Part shown: positions 28,901 to 40,000 of the stretch, one piece after another
Numbering within the stretch: the stretch's first letter is position 1
Layout: every line of letters begins with the position of its first letter
Origin: Antedon mediterranea
Taxonomy: Eukaryota > Animalia > Echinodermata
DNA: 64,000 nucleotides
Assembly (NCBI RefSeq): GCF_964355755.1
Contig: NC_092680.1
Coordinates: forward strand, 7,750,001 to 7,814,000
Direction: 5' to 3'
Made by a program: the position numbers and the translations under genes
The notes under the pieces: model-generated
What the model saw: only the letters and a program-made list of their open reading frames with translations
The model's database searches: none
What the model was told of the DNA's origin: nothing

Positions 28901-31900
28901 GGTGGCGTAAGTAAATATTAAGTACTATATTATTTTCCCTTGTCTGTTTCACGAGAAGGTGGTCCTTAAAGGTATCCCCTTAATAGAGGTGTCGTAAGTA
29001 TATATTAAGTACTATATTATTTTCCCTTGTCTGTTTCACGAGAAGGTGGTCCTTAAAGGTATCCCCACTTAATAGAGGTGTCGTAAGTATAAGTACTATA
29101 TTATTTTCCCTTGTCTGTTTCACGAGAAGGTGGTCCTTAAAGGTATCCCCTTAATAGAGGTGTCATAAGTATATATTAAGTACTATATTATTTTCCCTTG
29201 TCTGTTTCACGAGGTGATCCTTAAAGGTATCCCCTTAATAGAGGTGTCGTAAGTATATATTAAGTACTATATTATTTTCCCTTGTCTGTTTCACGAGAAG
29301 GTGGTCCTTAAAGGTATCCCCCTGAATAGAGGTGTCGTAAGTATATATTAAGTACTATATTATTTTCCCTTGTCTGTTTCACGAGAAGGTGGTCCTTAAA
29401 GGTATCCCCCCCCCCTGAATAGAGGTGTCATAAGTATATATTAAGTACTATATTATTTTCCCTTGTCTGTTTCACGAGAAGGTGGTCCTTAAAGGTATCC
29501 CCCCTGAATAGAGGTGTCGTAAGTATATATTAAGTACTATATTATTTTCCCTTGTCTGTTTCACGAGAAGGTGGTCCTTAAAGGTATCCCCCCTGAATAG
29601 AGGTATCATCAAGGAGGGGTTCTACTGTATATGTATAATGCTGATCGTCAACTGTATGGTGTGTTTATTGCTCATCATTGTGGCGTGGCTATTGCTATCG
29701 TTATGGTGACTAAATCATTATTATCATTTATATTGTTATTTAGTCATTTTCATTGTCACTGAATCGTTATTGTTATCATTGTAACTTGATCATTGTTATC
29801 ATCATTGTGACTTGATCATTATTATCATCATTGTAACTTGATCATTATTATCATCATTGTAACTTGATCATTATTATCATCATTGTAACTTGATCATTGT
29901 TATCATCATTGTGACTTGATCATCATTATTATCATCATTGTGACTTGATCATTATTATCATCATTGTGACTTGATCATTGTTATCATCATTGTGACTTGA
30001 TCATTATTATCATTATTGTAACTTGATCATTATTATCATCATTGTGATTTGATCATCATTATTATCATCATTGTAACTTGATCATTATTATCATCATTGT
30101 GACTTGATCGTCATTATTATCATCATTGTGACTTGATCATTATTATCATCATTGTAACTTAATCATTATTATCATCATTGTGATTTGATCATCATCATTA
30201 TTATCATCATTGTGATTTGATCATCATCATTATTAGCATCATTGTGACTTGATCATTATTATCATCATTGTGATTTGATCATTATTATCATCATTGTAAC
30301 TTCATTATCATTGTTTAATAATTTATTGTGATCATTATTTAACATTGTCACTTGATCATTATAATCATCATTGTGACATGGTCATTAATCATTATTATCA
30401 TGGTGATAATGTATTATATCAGTTAGTCTAATCGTCATTATCATCATTGTATAATCATCACTTCAAGATGCATTGATATCGTCCTTAACATGATCATTTT
30501 ATCATCAATTGTAAATAATTACTATCGCCACTTCTCTTATTATCATCATCATATAGTTATTATTAGTTTATACATTGGAAATTGTGTCTTATTATTACTT
30601 ACAACATATTAAATGTATTAATGATAAACCAAAATATTATTATTAACAGATACCATGACAGTAACAACGGCGAGATGTTAAATGCAATGTGGATAGTGTC
30701 TATAACATTCCTTTCAATTGGCTACGGCGACATGGTTCCGAATACATACTGCGGACGTGCAGTGTCCGTAATAACTGGAATAATGGTAAGCAATTACAAT
30801 AGCAATAATAATAAAGATGTCATAGACAGGAATGCTATGAATATAATCTGTTTTAACATATTGAGAGCTGTTACAAGAAAAAAAAGAGTAAGTTTAAAGA
30901 TGTACTGTATGTATGAGCATAAACGTTTGAATGTATCGTGATTTATACAATTGTACAGTATTATACGGTAAGTTGTTGAATGGATAAAAAAAACGTATGT
31001 AAATTTACATATAACTTGCAAAGGGACGAAACGAAACAAATGAAAAAATTATTTTTTATTCGTTGCTTTTATCTTTAAAATCGAAGACTAGGCGAGGGCT
31101 TGATAGAAGGCTGGATAAACGGCTAGAAGGAATGCTGAACGAGAGGATATTCACAAATATAGTCCAGATTTTAGCCTGTCGCGGATTTATTGTTTTTTTT
31201 ACAAATATTTATAACACGCCTCCCGTTCCGTGAATTATGTCATATCCGAAACAACTAATTGTCTATCCCTAGCCTAAGCTAGCGATACGAAAGATCGCTA
31301 CAAAGGCAACTAAAACTGATCTACACTCTAATTCTGTAATTAGTATCTGTAATGATTTCATCTTGTATAGTTGATCCCATTAATTAATACAAAATCATAC
31401 AAACGATCTAAAGCTTTTTTGGTCTAGGCCTATAGTACATATCGCTCTCAAAATTTTTTATTTCCGATCGACTACTAGTTTGAATGTTACTGTTTATATG
31501 GTAAAGAAAGGCTAAAAAATAGAACGTTTACCGTGCGGTAAAACTAATTCTGTTACTGAACGAAAATTAACCATTAGTAAATAAAATTGCATACTCTTTC
31601 AAATTCGATAATAATATGTCTTGTATTATCTACAAACTTTAAATCAACGATACGATATGATAAATGTTTTACACATTTGAAATACTTAATCTTTATAATC
31701 GATATTAATGTATTATGTAAGCATGTGACAAGGTCACAGAAAAAAAGTAATTTTCTTGAATCTGAACTTTATTCAAAGAGCATTGACCGAGAATGTATGA
31801 ATGTAACGCTACCTAAACGACACGTGTTTGCACACACTTATGAATACGTAATATCAACACGTAGTCAGAGGTGTTGCAGGCCGTGAAGCTAGTATAGTTT

Positions 31901-34900
31901 GAGTTTTATGTTCCAACCAGTTTAGTGGACGTAATAAAACATTCGCCTTTACTAAGGCGTGGTTCCCACTAGCGACGCAACGTAAGAAAATGCCCTTCCG
32001 ATAATTGTGTTTGCCCCCGCCTGCGTGAAATCAAACCTTCGATTTTTGCAGCACTATTGCGTCGTCGGTTCCCACTTGTGATTACGCAATACAGCACCTT
32101 GCGTCGATACGTCGCTGCGTTACGTTGCGTTGCGTTCTAGTGGGACCACGCTTAAATTCGCTGAAACCTATTTCGTCTTTTTCAAGCAGGGAAAATGGCA
32201 TCTGCTAGACTTAAACAATTTTAAATTTGTTTTCTAATATAAAGTCAACGCATGGTGGTATAAAATTAGCCTCCATAATCAACGTGCCTATGAATTAAAC
32301 ACACGTTTTATTTAGTGTTTAGGCCTAAGTTAAGTAATTTAGACTAATTTTTATAAGTTACATGTTGTCTTAATGTTCTTAAAGACACGATAAATTACCT
32401 TGTTTTGTTACTTTAAATGCCAGAAATGGTCTACTATATTTACTCTGTCTCAACAATTTATATTATGGGCTAAATAGTATAGGCCTACCATCAGTTTTAC
32501 CCAAAGTAGCGTGAAATAATATTACAGTACAGTATTAAAGTACTGTGGAATTAAATAGCGCCACCATTATTGAAGGGAGTATGGAACGCCAGTGTATGGC
32601 ACGTCGGAGTAATTCATCAACTTTTAAAAATTTAACTGTCATGTTTTTTTCCCTCAGGGTGCTATGTGTACAGCGCTCGTTGTAGCAGTACTCGCAACTA
32701 AATTGGAACTATCAAGAGCTGAAAAACATGTCCACAACTTTATGATGGACAATCAATTGACAAAAAGAGTGAGTAGACGTGACCTTACACAGAAGCTCTG
32801 ATTCGTATATAAAATAACTTGTTATAATCTCTCGGTTTACAGGGTACATCCATATTAAGAGGACACTTTGAAATTAGCGAGCGCAATGTAATAAGACTAC
32901 GCCCACCATATTCAGACATTACTTTACATTTATATGGTACATTGTCACAAAAAATGAAACTATTCATAAACCATCAACATGATAATTAACGACTCTGAAA
33001 TGTTTCGTCCGCGAGTAAACATAAACATGTCGTTTATATACAGGCCTATATTATCGATGGATATTATTATACTGGCCCAAGAAGAGAGTTAAGGCCAATA
33101 TACACTAGGGCGATAACGATCGACGATAAATAGATAAATATGCATTGTTCATACCTGAAACAAAGGACATTTTTAAAGTTTTCATCCTAGAACTATAGGA
33201 TAACCATCTATGCTGTCTTTGATGAAAATTATATTTTTACACGTCCAATCTAATGACGTCATGATTAGTAAGAGTAATAATATCATGACAATACAACAAT
33301 TTATTGTTTTTATTGATCATGACGTCATTTGATTGGATTTAAAAAAAAAAAATTTATAAAAGACAGCATAAATCCTATAGTTCTAGAACAAATTTCTTTT
33401 GTTTTATGCAAGAAAAAAATATTATTTATCGTCGATCGTTATCGTTCTAGTGTAAATTCATTCATTCATTCATTCAATCTTTTATTTCGGAATCTCTGGT
33501 CCATAGAAAGTAAAAATTACATATAAATGAAATAAAATAAACAAGACTAATTACTACTACTCATCTCAGGATGGCATTCCACCTGGAGAGCATCTTCGAC
33601 TTAACTAAGACTTTGTTTATAATCGTTGAGACTAAAACATTTTCGCTTACATTTAGTCTACCATCAGGCCATGTATCATGGGGTTTGACTTTCTGTTACC
33701 TGAAAAAAAAAAATTTCCATTATTATTATTCAATTAAAACTAAACTCAACTATGAGTTACTGTATATAAGTTTAAAGTGGCAGTGGGGTGTGACGACTGA
33801 CAGCAGGGTAAACCATTCTTTCCGAAAGATGCATTGGGTTCTGTTCACACGAGATGTGTAAACTGGCCCCTTTACGTCCGTATCTCTTTTCTACCACAAT
33901 AACTATGCTATAGGATTGCCTTGAACCTGTTCCGATATTCTCGATGCAGTGACATAATTCTTCTTTCCTATTGCAATGTGTAGATAAATCTGGATCACCG
34001 CAATCTTCGTTCACACAATTTTAACATTGAATAATTTTGGCCGGAAATTAGTATGACTGCTATTTTGTTACCATTTCAGCAATTCAGCATGTTTAATTTA
34101 GCAATTTATATTTAATGCAAAGAAGGACGTGATCACGCTTCGTGTTGAGTAGAATTTAAATATTTAAATCTCATTTCAAAGCCAATTTCTGCATATGAAG
34201 TTTATTATATTTGTGGATTATTCTATTTTGTTCTTTAAATCATCAGCTAGAGTTATCTTACAAACGCATTCAACTGATCATCCAACGTCTTGAATGTAGG
34301 CCTATACATTAAACTATATCCATTCCTTCCCGTCGGCGGTATTCTATCTAAATTTGTCCAGTATCCTAGGCAAATCCGTGATACAGACATCACATGTGAA
34401 AAAAAACGAGCAAGAATGCATGGTTTTAAAAAGAAACAACCATGTAAAACATAGCTATAATAAGCCAATTACAAGGAATATTTCTGTTAGGAAATGAAAA
34501 TCATATTTGCCCGAAACCAATCAATGAAGTAACAGGCAATTACTGATAATCACACATTAATGGCGGGGAATAAAGGCAAGTTATGACGTAGGCTAATCTT
34601 GCAATTTTCCGAGACGCTTTTCAATACTGTTTATAATAATATTATTTTTATTTGAAAATGTCGATATAATCGATACACCATGGTGTTTATCAGAAGAATA
34701 TTTCAGATCTGCAGACAAAATGAACATCGGTTGAGATGTAAACTATGTTTGCTTTTTGGAGCAAATCTTGAGATATTCAGGCTTTCTTCCTTAACTACTT
34801 ATAATTCAAACTGCGCTCAATGTAACAACACAGTAATCGCAACGCTTAATATCAGTTCATATCATACACTGTGCAAATAAAGATGACTTTTTATATCAAT

Positions 34901-36516
34901 GACAGGATATTCGAAAACATCATAGACAAATACGTTTCAGAATGATGTGTTAATCGCGTATTGAAATATAAAGAAAAAAATGTAAATGTAATTGGGGGTA
35001 TAACCTGCGACTTGCAATCTAAACTGGGCTAATTTGCGCATACGACCCTAATGGTCCCTTCTTCATATCGAGTGCTGCCACCAAACGGCACCCGTTCGTC
35101 TGTTCACAACGACAGGGACAGTACACCGGGGTAACCCCCTACTCTTCCGAAAGATGTAATGGGTTCTTTGAAGTGCACACTGGCCAGCTTTGTACACCGG
35201 ACCTCCAGTATTAAGTCCTTATCTGAGAAGACCTGGACCGATTGTATAGCTATGGTTTGCGGCGGAGACCCTGCCTTAACCGCTCGGCCACTCGACTCGA
35301 CTCCCCTCGGCCACTCGACTCGACTGCCCTCGGCCACTTGACTCCGCTCCCCTCGGCCACTTGACTCCACTTGGCCACTCGACTCGACAATTAAAGACGT
35401 GTAAGATTTATTTTTATAGAGACACGAAAATTACACAATGTGAATCGTACTTGTAAGCTGAAAAGGTGACAAATATCACCATAACCGACCAATTGTCTAT
35501 CATATACAATAAAATATCACATTATCCATATAAAAAATAACACTAAAAAATAGAATACAAATAATAAAATGTAAATATAAAAATGACGCAATAAAGAGCG
35601 AGAAGAGTTTTGCACAATTTAGGTACCTAATTCGATATGTGATTTCAGATGGATAAATGAAAGAAATTCTCTGATACCAAAAGATGATTTTGATGATAGG
35701 CCTAGCTTTTCATCAAGTTCATTCAAGGCCAACTCATCAATTTCAGACCTACCAATTAACTTTTACGTCTGTTTTCATGCATATATATGTCTTTTGCTTG
35801 CCATCCGATTCGTCATTGCCCGTGTGTGCAATCAGCTGGTTATTGTCTTTGGTTTAACATCGACGCTATCCCATACATTATGCACTGACAACACATTAGT
35901 TTTATAAATTTCATCAATCATATTTTAATGTGTAACATTCAACACTGTACATGATGATGTAGTATAAGAATCATCATTATTCAGTATTTATAAATTAAAC
36001 ACAGCAGGGGGTATGTTGCCCAATTCTATTTCTGCAATATTATTAATGAAATAATTTTAACGATTTTTGTCAAAATTCTTTTAAATTTTCAGATGAAAAA
36101 TGCAGCAGCTAATGTACTGAGAGAGACGTGGTTAATATATAAATATACTAAACTTGTAAAGAGGGTACATCCGTCTCGTGTAAGGAAACATCAACGAAAA
36201 TTTCTAAAAGCCATACAAAAGTGAGTACATGTAAATACGTAAGTTTACTATTGTTTCTATAATAATGTATACCCTTTCAATAAGAACAATCCGTTTTCTT
36301 CATTTAAATGTTTTTTTTTTCTTTTATTTTCTCTTTATACTTTTATTTAGCCTTCAGGCTAACATAATGTATGTAATATATGTAAGAACGCACCGTCCAG
36401 AAAAACGTGTGCTGCCGATTTAAAGGCGTATGTTCAATAAAGTTATTATTATTATTATTTATCGTGTCCTATTTTCATGATTTTTAAATATTCTTTTGTT
36501 AAATGGCTACCGTATA

Positions 36517-36567
<51 letters not shown>

Positions 36568-36856
36568 AATCATCATAATCATCATCATCATTATTATCAT
36601 TATCACCAGCATCATCATCATCATCATTATCATTATCACCAGCATCATCATCATCATCATCACCATCATCACCATCATCGTAATTAGTATCATCATCAGA
36701 AACATCATCATCATCATCATCACCATCATCATTATCATCATTATCATCACCATCACCATCATTATCATCATCATCACCATCATCATCATCACTATCACCA
36801 TCATCATCATCACCATCATTATCATCATCATCACTATCATCACCATCACCATCATT

Positions 36857-36887
<31 letters not shown>

Positions 36888-36970
36888 CTATCATCATCAT
36901 CACTATCACCATCATCATCATCACCATCATTATCATCATCATCACTATCATCACTATCATCACTATCATT

Positions 36971-37001
<31 letters not shown>

Positions 37002-40000
37002 CTATCACCATCATCATCATCACCATCATTATCTCCTCAGCCATTGTTAGCCCATTACCTTTTTTAGCTGAACCCATAATGTTCTGTCAAGAAATGGTTG
37101 TATTTAAATTTGTCATTTTTCTAAAAATAGATTAAGAAAAACAAAACTTGATCAAAGGAAATTAACAGATGAAGCAAGTACAGTGGTTGACATGGCTAAG
37201 GTTAGTCCTCTATTATGTGTTTTATTTTTAATTTATTCTTTCAATTAAAAATAATTGTATTTTCATCCTGATGCAGATTTCCAGTATATTAATATAGACG
37301 AATAAAATAATACATTGTTTTACAGTTAAAAACGCTTAAAACATTGACGTACAACTAAATAAATTAAAATAAGCATTATGATAGTAGTACTAACTTGAAT
37401 TTAAATTTTATCTTTGGTATGTTCAAGTTATTTTGGAAATCAAAGTCAAATGAAACAAAAATAATTAAGACATTTTTACCATATAATAACATAATTATAC
37501 AGTAGTAATCTAAATTGATTATAAAATCACTAAAAAAACTAATTAAATATAGGCCTAATAGTATTTATTATGGTTTGACAATAAACTTGAACTAGAACAA
37601 GATGCATAATTCAGAGTTTATTCAAAATGTCAAACATTAAACTAAAGATTTAAAATGGTTTGCAATAATTAAGTTATTATAAAGGGGCTTGAAGCTATGT
37701 CTACCTATCAAACTAGTTTGAAAGAAAAGTGTGATGTGCCCAAATATGGTAGCGATACGTCCAAATATGGTTTTGATATGACATAACCATGTCCATGTAT
37801 GAGCACATCACCTTTTTCGTCACATAAAGTTTGATAGTGTAGACAGACTAGAACAATACAACTATGAAGCAGCCGTTTTAACAACAGTGTTACGATTTCA
37901 TTAGCAGAAACATCGTAAATAGCGAGTTTCTCTTATTGCTTTTTACAAACCAACTTATTACTTAGACCGTCACTTTGTCTGTGTTTTAATGATTGTCTTT
38001 AAACTGTTCATTGTAGTCATCTGTTAAATTTGTTGTATAATTTTTCTTTCAAATTATCTTAAAATGTTTTTGTTCTTATTTTCAAAGCTCTTGTTTCAAA
38101 AGAACGTTAGGTAAAACATTAAAAAAAATACCCTTTTAAAAAAAATATTTGACTAATTGTTTAAACGTTTTACGCTCAGGTGTAATAACATCATCCTCCT
38201 TTATTTTTAAACGCGCCTCAATCAACTTTATTATGAATTAAAATTTATATTTGCAGATGTTAATTATAGTATGATTTTTAGAAATTCTTGACATAATTAT
38301 ATGCCTGAATAAAAATCAACAATGTTGAGTAAGTAAACATGGAAGGCTGTAGAAGGAACAATGTGTATGGTATAATCTCAGAGAAGGCATACGGATATAA
38401 TAATCGTTTTTCGACAACATAGTTTTAAAATGAAGGGGCCATACAGAACCGTTTCATTCGTTTTATGGAAATTTGTACCAGCTGTATATTATTGTTTGGT
38501 TAAAAATGATACTTCAATTTTGTCTTTTGTTCTAAACCTCATTTACTGTTCATATATCCAAACTAACTGATTGTAGTGACATAATACTATATCAAATAAA
38601 TTCAAAATTCCTTATTATGTATAAATGTGTTACCTCCTGTATCCTATTCCTCCGTCTCCCACGTTTGGTTTTTAATTTGGAATATCATTTTAAAACATCC
38701 TTAAACTACCGTATACTGACATAAAAAAACTACATTTATTGAATAGTTTCTAAGGATAACCCAAAATGAGGTAATTTCCATTGGGATGCAGTAGTCGTAA
38801 TACTTTTGCAAGATTTACCTACAAAATTAGTTCATGTAACATCAACTGATATCCTTTACATACCCTGAACACTTCCCCATCTTTTTTTATTTCTTTCTGG
38901 CCTTTATTTAATCATACCATAAGGAAGGAACAAATGATTGTCCATAGGTTAAGATATACATCTCAAGCTACCAGAGTAATTGATGCACGTATTTTGCCTT
39001 TCATTTTATATAGCTTTCCGTTAATTTTGCTGGTTTACTTTCCATAACACTAAACTGAGCTGCATGACTTGAAACATAGGCGTGGCACCCCCGTTTGTGA
39101 TCACATCCTTCGTGTTATATTTCTTTTGTTTCGATTTTTATATTGAAATAGATACCGTCCATGTAATTCTGTTAATTTTGCACCATTCTGCTAAAACCAG
39201 GCACATTTTACCTACACGTTAAAGGAAAAGCACCAGCAGAGTACCGCTTTGCAACGATGATTAATGTTTCAGTCAAACGCTCAGTCAATTACTGAGCTAA
39301 ACAAAATGTAGGCTATAAGGTTTGCAAAAAAAGTCAATACCTTTTTTCCTGGCCCAATGAAAGAACAGGAAATAGATTTAATTTAACAAAATTAAATAAC
39401 AAAATGAAGTAAATTTATGCTTTTCCAGAAATTGAAGTTCAAAATTTACTATCATGTAATGCTACGCCTGTGTTTACAACGATGTGTATGGCCACTTCAA
39501 AAACAGATTATGTTTGATTTCCGAATATGCCTTTTTCTTTTGTTTACGCATAAACAAATGCATGAAATTATCAGGAAGATTTTAGCCAACAAATTATGAA
39601 AATGTTTAAAATGTCAAGCACGCTGAGAAGTTCGCTTGTATAAAGGTGTTTCGTGAATTAGTAAAGTAAATCCATTTGTTTAGAATGAGTTACGCAAACA
39701 CAACAAACAAAATTAAATATGGTTATTTTTCTACTGTGGTGAATTAAAGTGTATATATATTTTTCCCTTTTTATTAACTACCACAGCCATTACTTGCCCG
39801 CGTTTCTAGAGCTGAAATGGCCATGTACACATCAAAACCACCGGCGCTTTACCGAAGTGTAGGTAAAACTGTATCCATCCGCCATGCATGAGTTTGTACT
39901 GCACACTTAGCATTGCTCATTTGGCATGTTTGAGTAATTCATCACCAAACACAATGTTATCAGAGCATTTAATTCCCCTCATAATTTATGCTCATCGAAT

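Noticed and set aside
28454-29604. Regular array superficially like a CRISPR
   Set aside because: Units are near-identical along their whole length with no unique spacers, no cas genes are present, and the array lies in a eukaryotic intron inside a MITE.
36496-37135. Poly-His, poly-Ile and poly-Met ORFs of 63-210 aa
   Set aside because: They are translations of an intronic (ATC)n tract between two genuine KCNN exons.
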